Part shown: positions 31,532-40,747 of the stretch, one piece after another
Layout of the letters: every line of letters starts with the position of its first letter
Position numbering within the stretch: position 1 is the first letter of the stretch
Assembly (NCBI GenBank): GCA_023260495.1
Contig: JALQVB010000001.1
Coordinates: 1-50,985, forward strand
Direction: 5' to 3'
DNA from: Aquiluna sp.
GTDB lineage: Bacteria; Actinomycetota; Actinomycetes; Actinomycetales; Microbacteriaceae
Length of the DNA stretch: 50,985 nucleotides
Notes under the pieces: generated by a model
What the model was told of the DNA's origin: nothing
Databases searched by the model: none
What the model saw: the letters and a program-made list of their open reading frames with translations, nothing else
Position numbers and translations under genes: made by a program

Positions 31532-32793
31532 TTTTCGACGACCTCCCCGTCCTTGAATGAAAAGTTGCCGCGGAACAGGGTGTGCACGACCGCTCCCGGG
31601 AGAGCCACCCCTGCGAAAGGGTTGTTAGTTGATGCCGAATGCGTCTGGGAAGTCACGGTGCGCGTGGCGGATGGGTCAATCAAAGTGATGTTTGCCTCGG
31701 TGTCCACGTCGAGCCGGCCCTGATTCGTCAAGCCGCCAATTTCGGCGGGCTTGCTGCTCATGACCTGTGCGATGTCGCGCCAGTTGCGGCCACCTTCCAG
31801 CATGACCTTCTGCACCACGCTCGCCGCGTGTTCAAGCCCGACCATGCCAAAGGCAGCGTTCTCCCACTCACAGTCCTTCTTCTCGATCGAGTGCGGAGCG
31901 TGATCGGTGCCAACAATGTCGATGGTGCCGTCCACCAGGGCTTCGCGAAGTGCCGCAGTGTCTTCGGCCGAGCGCAGCGGTGGGTTGACCTTGTAGACCG
32001 GGTCGTAGCTGCGCACCAATTCCTCGGTGAGCATCAGGTGGTGCGGTGTTACCTCGGCCGTTATCTGAATACCGCGCTTCTTGGCCCACCGGATGACATC
32101 GACTGCGCCTGCTGTGGTCAGGTGGCAGATGTGTAATCTGGCCCCGGTCTTCTCAGCTAGTAGGGCGTCGCGAGCGATGATGGACTCCTCTGCAACCGAG
32201 GGCCATCCCGTTAGACCGAGTTCGGTAGCCAAATCCGAATCATTCATCTGGGCACCCTCGGTCAGCCTTGGTTCCTGAGCATGCTGCGCAATTACGCCAC
32301 CCATGGATTTCACGAAGGTCAAAGCTTGCAGCATCAGCGCCGGGTCAAAAACGCACATGCCATCGTCTGAGAAGACCCGTACCTTTGCCCTAGATCTGGC
32401 CATGCCTCCAAGGCCAGCCAGTTCCGCCCCAGCCAAACCTTTAGTGACGGCACCAATTGGCTGCACCTGCAGCAGTCCAGCTGCCTCGCCAAGGGTGAGT
32501 ACCTGCTCGACAACCGATGCCGAATCAGCAACTGGATTCGTGTTGGCCATAGCAAACAAAGCGGTGTAGCCACCCGCCACTCCCGATTTGCTGCCAGAGA
32601 GGACGGTCTCGGAGGCTTCAAAGCCCGGTTGGCGCAGGTGGGTGTGCAGGTCCACTAGCCCGGGTAGCGCTACCAGCCCAGAGCAGTCAATGCCCTTCTC
32701 ACTGGTTGGTTCCAACGACACGACAATGCCATCGGCAATTGAAATGTCAGTTTGCTTTTCGCCAAAAAGGGAAACGGACTTTAGAACAATCAA
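31528..32793 (-). CDS. pyrC: Dihydroorotase
   Basis: [37 protein letters not shown]. Confidence 0.97.
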   Translation of the reverse strand: MIVLKSVSLFGEKQTDISIADGIVVSLEPTSEKGIDCSGLVALPGLVDLHTHLRQPGFEASETVLSGSKSGVAGGYTALFAMANTNPVADSASVVEQVLTLGEAAGLLQVQPIGAVTKGLAGAELAGLGGMARSRAKVRVFSDDGMCVFDPALMLQALTFVKSMGGVIAQHAQEPRLTEGAQMNDSDLATELGLTGWPSVAEESIIARDALLAEKTGARLHICHLTTAGAVDVIRWAKKRGIQITAEVTPHHLMLTEELVRSYDPVYKVNPPLRSAEDTAALREALVDGTIDIVGTDHAPHSIEKKDCEWENAAFGMVGLEHAASVVQKVMLEGGRNWRDIAQVMSSKPAEIGGLTNQGRLDVDTEANITLIDPSATRTVTSQTHSASTNNPFAGVALPGAVVHTLFRGNFSFKDGEVVEK

Positions 32794-33722
32794 GATCTTT
32801 CTCCCGCCAATAGTTCGTGCAACACGGCCATGCGCACCGCAACGCCATTGCTCACCTGCTTCAGGATTGCTGCTCGCGGGTCATCAGCGGCTTCACTAGA
32901 GATCTCGAAGCCGCGGTTCATCGGTCCTGGGTGCAAGATGTGGGCATCTTTCTTGAGCATCGCCAAGCGCTTGCCCGAAAGAGACCAGTTTTGAGTGTAT
33001 TCGCGCTCACTTGGCATGTAGTGACCCTGCATTCGCTCGCGTTGCACCCGGAGCATCATCACTACATCGGGCTGCTGCTCGAGCGAGTCCTCAAATGAGT
33101 TAGAGATGGTGGCACCCATTTTCTCAAAGCCGGCAGGCACCAGAGTCGCCGGACCAGCAACCTGAACCGAGGCCCCTAGCTTGGACAGCAGCAGCACGTT
33201 GGATCTGGCCACCCGGGAGTGTCTTATGTCGCCTACAATCAGCACCTTCAAGCCTGCAAGGTCGTCGTTTGAGCCGACCAGCTGGCGCATGGTTAGGGCA
33301 TCTAGCAAGGCCTGGGTGGGATGCTCGTGGGAACCATCACCGGCGTTGATAATGCTGGCATTTATCCAATCGCGATGCGCAAGCTGGTGGGCTGCTCCGC
33401 TCATGGGATGTCGCACCACAATCGCATCTGCACCCAGGGCCTCAAGGGTTTGGGCGGTGTCCTTCAGCGATTCCCCCTTGGAAAGGGAGGAGGTGGCCGC
33501 GGAGAAATTGATTACGTCGGCACTTAGTCGGGTGGCAGCAATCTCAAAGGAGATGCGGGTGCGGGTGGAGTTTTCATAAAACAGATTTACAACGGTCTTG
33601 CCACGCAAAGCCGGCAGTTTTTTTACTTCCCGGTCGTTTACTTGAGCAAGCTGCTGGGCATTGTCCAGCAGGTAGAGGGCGTCTTCCCTCGAAAGGTCGG
33701 CTATAGATACCAGGTTCTTCAT
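32790..33722 (-). CDS. pyrB: Aspartate carbamoyltransferase
   Basis: [47 protein letters not shown]. Confidence 0.98.
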   Translation of the reverse strand: MKNLVSIADLSREDALYLLDNAQQLAQVNDREVKKLPALRGKTVVNLFYENSTRTRISFEIAATRLSADVINFSAATSSLSKGESLKDTAQTLEALGADAIVVRHPMSGAAHQLAHRDWINASIINAGDGSHEHPTQALLDALTMRQLVGSNDDLAGLKVLIVGDIRHSRVARSNVLLLSKLGASVQVAGPATLVPAGFEKMGATISNSFEDSLEQQPDVVMMLRVQRERMQGHYMPSEREYTQNWSLSGKRLAMLKKDAHILHPGPMNRGFEISSEAADDPRAAILKQVSNGVAVRMAVLHELLAGERS

Positions 33723-34246
33723 GAAGAAATCACCACCTCGTCTGAGCCGTCGACTTCTGCCAGGTGAACATTCACGCGCTCTGTGACCGCCGTGGGCAAA
33801 TTCTTTCCAACAAAATCTGGCCGGATCGGTAGTTCCCGGTGTCCCCGGTCCACCAAAACCGCCAGCTTCACCTGCTTGGGGCGTCCAAAATCAATCAGAG
33901 CATCAAGGGCAGCTCTAGCGCTGCGACCCGAAAACAAGACATCATCGACAATCACAACGACCTTGCCATCGATGTCGTCGCCCGGTATAACGGTGGGTTG
34001 AATCCTGCGGTCGGCGGCAACAAGGTCGTCGCGGAACAGCGTGATATCCAAGACTCCGGCATCGGAGGTGAAGTTTGGGTCGATTTCACTTAGAAGTTTT
34101 GCTATGCGGTTGGCTAGGTGTATGCCTCGTGTTGGGATGCCCAGCACAATAAGGTCCGAAACGCCAGAATTGGCTTCAATGATCTCGTGGGAAATGCGCT
34201 TGAGGGCTCTGGCTATCTCGCCAGAATCTAAGACGACGCGTTGCAT
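33719..34246 (-). CDS. pyrR: Pyrimidine operon regulator / uracil PRTase
   Basis: [52 protein letters not shown]. Confidence 0.97.
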   Translation of the reverse strand: MQRVVLDSGEIARALKRISHEIIEANSGVSDLIVLGIPTRGIHLANRIAKLLSEIDPNFTSDAGVLDITLFRDDLVAADRRIQPTVIPGDDIDGKVVVIVDDVLFSGRSARAALDALIDFGRPKQVKLAVLVDRGHRELPIRPDFVGKNLPTAVTERVNVHLAEVDGSDEVVISS

Positions 34247-34253
34247 TTGGCAA

Positions 34254-34287
34254 CTCCTTCTTCGCCTCTCTGGACGAACTTAAAGGA
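34254..34287 (-). promoter_or_regulatory. PyrR-binding RNA stem-loop overlapping the pyrR SD
   Basis: Minus strand TCCTTTAAGTTCGTCCAGAGAGGCGAAGAAGGAG: CUUUAA element plus GUCCAGAGAGGC loop motif; 5' UCCUU can pair with AAGGA of the RBS. Confidence 0.85.
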
Positions 34288-34298
34288 CATTTCGCAAA

Positions 34299-34307
34299 AG
34301 CATAACA
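34299..34307 (-). promoter_or_regulatory. Candidate extended -10 (TGTTATGCT) for the pyr operon
   Basis: TGn-TATGCT just upstream of the PyrR loop. Confidence 0.55.
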
Positions 34308-34310
34308 GCT

Positions 34311-34730
34311 CTAGAGCGCTTGTGTTGCCTTCGCTAGGCGCGCCAGCACGCCGTTGATGAATTTTGGTGAATCATCAGTTGAATATTCGCTGGCAAGTGC
34401 TACCGCTTCGGAAATCGCCACCTCGTTTGGGACCTCTGGGTTGTGCATGATTTCCCAGGCGCCAAGGCGCAGCAGATTGCGATCAAGGGCCGGCATGCGC
34501 TCCAGCGACCAGCCGTCGGACAGTGCTAGCAATTGCGCGTCAATCGCCGACTTGTTCGCAATGTAGCCACTGACTAGCGCTTCGGCGTAATCAAATATCG
34601 CCTCTTGATTTTGTCGGTCTGCAACCGTAGCTAGAGTTTCAGCCAAAACCTGAGCGGGTTCCCGCTTGGTTAGCTCAGCCGCATAGAGCGCATCGAGCGC
34701 CCGCTTGCGCGCTTTGCTCCTGGCGCTCAC
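34311..34730 (-). CDS. nusB: Transcription antitermination factor NusB
   Basis: SARSKARKRAL, WSLERMPALDRNLLR, VAISEAV, FINGVL. Confidence 0.96.
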   Translation of the reverse strand: MSARSKARKRALDALYAAELTKREPAQVLAETLATVADRQNQEAIFDYAEALVSGYIANKSAIDAQLLALSDGWSLERMPALDRNLLRLGAWEIMHNPEVPNEVAISEAVALASEYSTDDSPKFINGVLARLAKATQAL

Positions 34731-35294
34731 CTATTCGCTCGCGCGACCGAGGTAGTCACCGGTGCGGGTGTCAACCTTGACTCGAGTGTTGTTCTCGATG
34801 AACAACGGGACCTGAATCTGGAATCCGGTCTCAAGGGTTGCTGGCTTGGAGCCTCCGGTCGAGCGGTCACCCTGCAGACCAGGCTCTGTGTAGGTGATTT
34901 CTAGAACAACCGATGGTGGCAGCTCAACGTAGAGCGGGTCGCCATCGTGCAGCGCCACGGTTGCAACCTGGTTCTCTAGTAGGTAGTTAGAGGCCTCACC
35001 GACAATTGACGGATCCAAGGTGATCTGATCGTAGGTTGAGGTGTCCATGAAGACGAAACCAGTGCCGTCGTTGTATAGGTACTGCATGTCACGTCTATCG
35101 ACGTTAGCGGTCTCTACCTTTACGCCGGCGTTGAAGGTCTTATCGACAACCTTGTCGCTGGTGACGTTGCGCAGCTTGGTGCGAACGAAGGCCGGGCCCT
35201 TGCCTGGCTTTACGTGCTGAAATTCAATTACGCTCCAGAGCTGACCATCGATGTTCAGCACCATGCCGTTTTTTAGATCGTTTGAGGTTGCCAT
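34731..35294 (-). CDS. efp: Elongation factor P
   Basis: [39 protein letters not shown]. Confidence 0.98.
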   Translation of the reverse strand: MATSNDLKNGMVLNIDGQLWSVIEFQHVKPGKGPAFVRTKLRNVTSDKVVDKTFNAGVKVETANVDRRDMQYLYNDGTGFVFMDTSTYDQITLDPSIVGEASNYLLENQVATVALHDGDPLYVELPPSVVLEITYTEPGLQGDRSTGGSKPATLETGFQIQVPLFIENNTRVKVDTRTGDYLGRASE

Positions 35295-35323
35295 TTCTAT
35301 CTCCTAGATAAACCTGTAGAAGT

Positions 35324-35752
35324 TTAGTCGCGAGTCAGCGCAATTAGCGCCAGGCGGTAAGAATCAAAGCCGAGACCAGCAATCACGGCGGTCGCTACCG
35401 GGCTGATTACGCTGTTGCGGCGGAATTCCTCCCTGGCGTGCGGATTGGAGAGGTGTACCTCGATTAGCTTCACCCCGGCACTTGTCAGCGTTGCGCAAGC
35501 ATCGCGCAGAGCATAGGAGTAGTGAGTGAACGCACCGGGATTCAAGATCACCGCGGTCTTGGTCTCGAAACACTGCTGAATAAGCTCGATCAGGTCCGCT
35601 TCACTGTTGCTCTGGAAGAACTGCAGCTCGTGTCCCGGGGCTGCAGCGGATAGCTCAGCTTCCAGCTCGGCAAGGCTTGCGGTGCCGTAGATCTCGGGCT
35701 CACGCTTTCCTAGGAAATTTAGGTTTGGCCCGTTGATTACCTGAATCTTCAT
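35324..35752 (-). CDS. aroQ: Type II 3-dehydroquinate dehydratase
   Basis: NGPNLNFLGKREPEIYG, QSNSE, NPGAFTHYS, EVHLSNPHAREEFR. Confidence 0.97.
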   Translation of the reverse strand: MKIQVINGPNLNFLGKREPEIYGTASLAELEAELSAAAPGHELQFFQSNSEADLIELIQQCFETKTAVILNPGAFTHYSYALRDACATLTSAGVKLIEVHLSNPHAREEFRRNSVISPVATAVIAGLGFDSYRLALIALTRD

Positions 35753-35761
35753 TGCTAAAGG

Positions 35762-36796
35762 CTATTCCACAATCGCCTGATAGGCGGTAAATAGCGTTTC
35801 GTTCGAAGGTGCATTGAGAATTCCCGGGCGTCCGATTCCGTCGAGGACGACAAAGCGCAACATTCCCGACCGAGCCTTTTTGTCTCGTTGCATCGTGTTG
35901 AGAAGCTGTTCCCATCGGTCTGCCCGGTAGGTCATTGGCAGGCCTAGCTTGGTGAAAACCGACCGGTGCAACTCAACATCCTTCTCTCCGAGGCGCCCGG
36001 TGAGTAGACCGAGTTCCGCGGCGAAGGTCATTCCGATTGAGATCGCAGCTCCATGGCGCCACTTGTAACGTTCCGCATGTTCTATCGCGTGACCGAGGGT
36101 GTGCCCATAGTTCAGAAACTCGCGCCTGCCCGACTCCTTGAAGTCCTCAGAGGTGACGGCAATCTTGATATCTACCGACCTCTTGATTAGATCAGCAAAG
36201 ACATCACTGTGTATGTCTGTTGCGGCATCGGATTCCAGCACCATTTCCAGCATCTCGGGATCAGATATGAAGCCGTACTTCACCACCTCTGCCATGCCCG
36301 CGATCAAGTCATTTCTTGGCAGCGTCTCCAGGGTGTCCAGGTCAATAAACACCTTTGTCGGCAAGTGGAAGCTTCCCACCAGGTTTTTGCCCTCGGCGGT
36401 GTTGACACCGGTCTTGCCACCGATGGCAGCATCCACCATCGCCAGGAGTGTGGTCGGAACCAGGTAGGTACGTACTCCACGGAGCCATGTTGCGCCTACA
36501 AATCCCGCCAGATCGGTGGTCGCTCCCCCGCCCAGGCCGATCACGGCGTCGTTGCGATGAAAGTCAGCCTGGCCCATGATTTGCCAGCAAAAAGCTGCCA
36601 CCTCGATTCGCTTTGACTCCTCGCCATCGGGCACCTCGGCGACCAATGCCTCAATGTTTTGCGCTCTAAGCTCCTGCTGAAGAGTTTCGGCGGTCGTCGC
36701 AAGTGAGCGTGGGTGAATAATCAAGCACTTGGACACATCGTTCATCGATGGCGCAATGTCGTGCAGTAAACCTCGGCCAATTTGGCTATACGACAT
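35762..36796 (-). CDS. aroB: 3-dehydroquinate synthase
   Basis: GGGATTDLAGF, PTTLLAMVDAAIGGKT, AEVVK, LNYGHTLGHAIE, HGAAI. Confidence 0.97.
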   Translation of the reverse strand: MSYSQIGRGLLHDIAPSMNDVSKCLIIHPRSLATTAETLQQELRAQNIEALVAEVPDGEESKRIEVAAFCWQIMGQADFHRNDAVIGLGGGATTDLAGFVGATWLRGVRTYLVPTTLLAMVDAAIGGKTGVNTAEGKNLVGSFHLPTKVFIDLDTLETLPRNDLIAGMAEVVKYGFISDPEMLEMVLESDAATDIHSDVFADLIKRSVDIKIAVTSEDFKESGRREFLNYGHTLGHAIEHAERYKWRHGAAISIGMTFAAELGLLTGRLGEKDVELHRSVFTKLGLPMTYRADRWEQLLNTMQRDKKARSGMLRFVVLDGIGRPGILNAPSNETLFTAYQAIVE

Positions 36797-37283
36797 CTTT
36801 GATGGCCTCCTCCAGCTCTGCCAATAGGGTCTTCAGCGATTTCCCACCGGTGAATATTGTGCGCTGTGAGATCTGCTCATAAAGCGGCTTTCGCTCATTG
36901 TATATTTCAGTCCAGCGATTCGGATTGTCCTTGAGCAGGGGGCGCTTGTTCAGGTTGATCTTTCCGATGACGTGCTCTTGAGACGTGTCCAAGAAAATGA
37001 CCAGGTTCCCCTCAAGCAGCTTTCGGTTCGCCTGGCGCAGTGGCAATCCGCCGCCGGTTGCGACGATGCCGGCAGACTCGAGCGCCTTCTCTAGCGCTAG
37101 GGTCTCTAGATCTCGAAAGTGCTCTTCTCCGTGCTTCTGGAAAATGGATTGCACAGAGCCGTGCTTAGCGCTGACTATCTTGTCCGTGTCCGCGAAAGGC
37201 ACCCCCAGCTGCCGGGCGAGCTTCTTGCCGAGCGTGGTTTTACCAGCCCCCATGGGGCCAATGAGAACTACCGAGTTATTCAC
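36786..37283 (-). CDS. aroK: Shikimate kinase
   Basis: [27 protein letters not shown]. Confidence 0.96.
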   Translation of the reverse strand: MNNSVVLIGPMGAGKTTLGKKLARQLGVPFADTDKIVSAKHGSVQSIFQKHGEEHFRDLETLALEKALESAGIVATGGGLPLRQANRKLLEGNLVIFLDTSQEHVIGKINLNKRPLLKDNPNRWTEIYNERKPLYEQISQRTIFTGGKSLKTLLAELEEAIKDVV

Positions 37284-38479
37284 TCGCCGCTTACGATGCG
37301 CGACTTCAGAACCTCAGGGATGTTAGCGAGGTAGGCATCGAGGTTACGCTTGGTCTCGGCAACAGAATCGCCACCAAATTTCTCTAGGACCGCATCGGCA
37401 ATCACGAGCGCGACCATGGCCTCTACAACGACCCCGGCGGCTGGAACGGCACACACATCGCTGCGCTGGTGGTGGGCGGTTGCTGCATCACCGGTTGAGG
37501 TGTCAATGGTTTGCAATGCTCTTGGAACCGTCGAGATCGGCTTCATGCCGGCGCGAACGCGCACAACCTCGCCATTAGTCATTCCACCTTCGATTCCACC
37601 GGCGCGGTCGGTGACGCGCTGCACGCTGTCTCCCTCGCGCACGATCTCGTCGTGAGCAACTGAACCACGGCGTCTGGTGGTCTCTACTCCGTCGCCAATC
37701 TCTACCGACTTCATGGCCTGGATTCCGATCACGGCTGCGGAAAGTCGAGCATCCAGTCTTCTGTCCCAGTGCACATAAGACCCCAGGCCGGGAGGGCAGC
37801 CGTAGACGAGGGTTTCGACAATTCCACCAATTGTGTCGCCGGCAGCGTGGCAGTCATCAATCTCGGCAACCATGGCCTTTGAAGCCTCCTGGTCGAAGCA
37901 GCGAACTGGATCCTCATCGAGCTTGGCGACGTCGGATGGCAGTGGCAAGTCTGTCGAGGTGTTCGCCACTGGGCCAATAGCAACGGTGTGAGTGACCAAC
38001 TTGATTCCGAGCTCAGCGAGGAAATTCTGGGCAACTCTGCCGAGCGCCACGCGGGTGGCGGTCTCGCGCGCGCTGGCTCGCTCCAGCACCGGCCGGGCCT
38101 CGTCAAAGCCGTACTTCTGCATTCCGGTGAAGTCAGCGTGCCCTGGTCGTGGTCTGGTGAGCTTTGCAGCCCTGGCTCCAGTTAGCTCTTCCTCTGCAAC
38201 CGGCGCTGCACTCATCACCGTTTCCCACTTTGGCCACTCGGTGTTGGCAATTCGGATAGCAAGTGGGCCGCCCTGACTTACACCAAATCGAACTCCCGTA
38301 GACAGAGTCACCTGATCTTGTTCAAACTTCATTCGGGCCCCGCGGCCATAGCCGAGGCGTCTGCGGGCAAGTGATTCTTGAATATCCTCGGCCAGTACCG
38401 GCGTGCCAGCCGGCAAGCCTTCAATCAGGCCAATGAGTTCCGGGCCGTGCGATTCTCCAGCAGTTATCCAACGAAGCAT
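37280..38479 (-). CDS. aroC: Chorismate synthase
   Basis: [42 protein letters not shown]. Start trimmed to ATG 38479. Confidence 0.97.
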   Translation of the reverse strand: MLRWITAGESHGPELIGLIEGLPAGTPVLAEDIQESLARRRLGYGRGARMKFEQDQVTLSTGVRFGVSQGGPLAIRIANTEWPKWETVMSAAPVAEEELTGARAAKLTRPRPGHADFTGMQKYGFDEARPVLERASARETATRVALGRVAQNFLAELGIKLVTHTVAIGPVANTSTDLPLPSDVAKLDEDPVRCFDQEASKAMVAEIDDCHAAGDTIGGIVETLVYGCPPGLGSYVHWDRRLDARLSAAVIGIQAMKSVEIGDGVETTRRRGSVAHDEIVREGDSVQRVTDRAGGIEGGMTNGEVVRVRAGMKPISTVPRALQTIDTSTGDAATAHHQRSDVCAVPAAGVVVEAMVALVIADAVLEKFGGDSVAETKRNLDAYLANIPEVLKSRIVSGE

Positions 38480-38483
38480 CCGT

Positions 38484-39254
38484 CTATTCTGCCATCTCGA
38501 CGGCCGTGCGCATCGCAGCAAATACCGTCGCCTCATTATCTAGGGCGCTGTGAGGCTCTCCAAAGGCGAAGATTCGCTGCTGATAGAGAGCTTGATGAAG
38601 AAGCAATTCGAGACCGGATATGGAGCTTGCGAAGGCCTCTGAACCAGCAGTGGGCCAGTCCGCGTAAACGACATCGAAGAGACAGCCTGGTAGCTCTCGT
38701 TGGCCGACAAGCTCCCCCAACGCTCCCTTTGGCAGGGTACTGACGACCAGATTGCCCTCTAGCGCCGAGTCAAGCTCAGTCTGCTCTGCATGAAATTGCT
38801 CGGCCAGCGCGGCCGCCTTGGCGCCATCTCTGCCCCAAATTTTCACAGGCATGCCCGAAAAGGCAACCAAGGCGCTCCTTGCCGTGGCACCTGTGCCCAA
38901 AACTGAGACGCTTTCGAAGCTCATTTCCGCCGTAGCGGCTCGGAAGCCCAGCACATCGGTGTTGAATCCCAGCCAACCGGCATCACTGCGCAACAGTGTG
39001 TTTACACTTTTCGTCGCTTGGGCTAATTCGTCGGCGGTATCCGATAGGGCGAGGGCCTCGTCCTTTAGCGGCATCGTTACAGAGAAGCCAGCGAAGCTAG
39101 CTCCATCAGTCGAAACGAAGCGATTGAGACCCTGGGCAAGGTCAAAGCGATCGTATGAGTGATGAAGACCCAGGGCGGCAAACGCGGCATTGTGGATCTG
39201 AGGCGAGAGTGAGTGCGATATCGGCGAGCCGAGCACGGCGAACTTCTTACTCAT
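38484..39254 (-). CDS. aroE: Shikimate dehydrogenase
   Basis: [35 protein letters not shown]. Confidence 0.95.
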   Translation of the reverse strand: MSKKFAVLGSPISHSLSPQIHNAAFAALGLHHSYDRFDLAQGLNRFVSTDGASFAGFSVTMPLKDEALALSDTADELAQATKSVNTLLRSDAGWLGFNTDVLGFRAATAEMSFESVSVLGTGATARSALVAFSGMPVKIWGRDGAKAAALAEQFHAEQTELDSALEGNLVVSTLPKGALGELVGQRELPGCLFDVVYADWPTAGSEAFASSISGLELLLHQALYQQRIFAFGEPHSALDNEATVFAAMRTAVEMAE

Positions 39255-40329
39255 CCCAACCCGGGTTGTCTCTCAGCCACTGACGATAGAGCTCAGCCGC
39301 GCGCTCATGCTCGGCCAACGTGTTCGAGAACACTAGCTCGCCGGTGTTTAGGTTGATGGCCACAAAGTAGAGCCAGTCGCCCTCGGTCGGGTTTATGGTG
39401 GCATCAATTGCCGCAGCCCCCGGGGAGCTTATTGCCCCGGGAGGCAGACCTTGAATCTCGAAGGTGTTGAAGGGGTTGTCGCGATCCGCGATGCCCTGCT
39501 GGAAGCTGTCAATGGAACCTTCGTAGTAGTACAACACCGTCACGTCAGACTGCAATGGCATCCCTACGTCGATTCGGTTCAGAAAGACGCGGGCTATTTT
39601 GTAAAAGTCCTCATCCGCTCGACCCTCAAGCTGGACTATCGAGGCCAAAGTCAGAACGTCATGGGCTTGGTCCAGTTCAAGACCGTGGGTGGCAAACTCC
39701 TGTTCCAACCTGGCAATCATCGCACCAATTACCTCTGATGCGGTGACGCCGGGGTCAAAGGTGTAGCTCGCTGGGAAGAGATAGCCTTCCAGCGTAGGTC
39801 CGGGATGGAGTTCATTCGCTGCGTCCACTGCTGCCCACAGTTCCTGCTCGGAAATATCGAGATCGGCCGCCAACCGCGGAACTATCTCACTTACCTGCCA
39901 GCCCTCTGGAATGGTGGTCGTGAGCGTCACACGAGTATCTCCAGCCAGCAGAATCTCGAGCGCCGTGGCTCCTGGAATCTGAGTTGGGAATTCATAGTGC
40001 CCTGGGAAAATAACCAGGTCAGACGACAGCATGGGGCGATAAACGGCATCGAAGCTCTTCACCACATCGGCTGCTAGCAACTTCCTGGCAACATCCTCGC
40101 CGCTATCTCCTGGCTCAATGACGATTACTGTTGTCGGTCCACCAGGCCCCTCGTAGTCGGGCACGAAAAAACGAGCGGTAACAGAATCAATTGCCCCCTG
40201 CACGGAATCCCTGAAGGCAAAGTAGCCACCAACGGCCAGTCCGAGGAAGAGACCCAAAGAAACCAGCAGCACGATAACCGAGCGACCCTTTGGCCCAGCG
40301 GGCGCACTCTGTTCAAATTCGTCAAGCAT
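39247..40329 (-). CDS. mltG: Endolytic transglycosylase MltG
   Basis: N-terminal TM, TIPEG, LEGYLFPASY, LASIVQLE, NRIDVGMPLQSD, GLPPGAISSPG, LYFV. Start trimmed to ATG 40329. Confidence 0.93.
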   Translation of the reverse strand: MLDEFEQSAPAGPKGRSVIVLLVSLGLFLGLAVGGYFAFRDSVQGAIDSVTARFFVPDYEGPGGPTTVIVIEPGDSGEDVARKLLAADVVKSFDAVYRPMLSSDLVIFPGHYEFPTQIPGATALEILLAGDTRVTLTTTIPEGWQVSEIVPRLAADLDISEQELWAAVDAANELHPGPTLEGYLFPASYTFDPGVTASEVIGAMIARLEQEFATHGLELDQAHDVLTLASIVQLEGRADEDFYKIARVFLNRIDVGMPLQSDVTVLYYYEGSIDSFQQGIADRDNPFNTFEIQGLPPGAISSPGAAAIDATINPTEGDWLYFVAINLNTGELVFSNTLAEHERAAELYRQWLRDNPGWDE

Positions 40330-40747
40330 CGAATTCCTCCAGAGATTGGGTCTTGGCGCCACTGAGCGCGGCTTCCAAGATTACCCGAGCTGCTTCGGCA
40401 TCAACTATTGACTTGGCCTGCTTTGTGTTTTTTCCAGCGCTTCTTAGGAGCGAGTTGGCGCTCACTGTGGAAAGACGTTCGTCGACGAGGTAGATAGGCA
40501 AACCGGACGTTTGGGCCAATTCGCGAGCGAAAGAAATTGCATCGTCCGTCGAGCGAGTTTTGGAGCCGGAGAGCGATACCGGCAGGCCAACGAACAGCCT
40601 TTCGGCCTTTCGGTCCGCGGCAATTGAGGCGATTTCCTTGGCCGCTTCTGAAGTTCGTTGGATCACGCCGTGAGCCATCACCAACGAACCCTGGTTGAAC
40701 GCAACACCGACGCGCGCTTGGCCGACGTCGATGCCTAGCGCGATCAA
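40322..40747 (-). CDS. ruvX: RuvX/YqgF family nuclease
   Basis: LGIDVGQARVGVA, VGLP, VDERLST, VDAEAARVIL; follows alaS. Confidence 0.94.
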   Translation of the reverse strand: MIALGIDVGQARVGVAFNQGSLVMAHGVIQRTSEAAKEIASIAADRKAERLFVGLPVSLSGSKTRSTDDAISFARELAQTSGLPIYLVDERLSTVSANSLLRSAGKNTKQAKSIVDAEAARVILEAALSGAKTQSLEEFDA

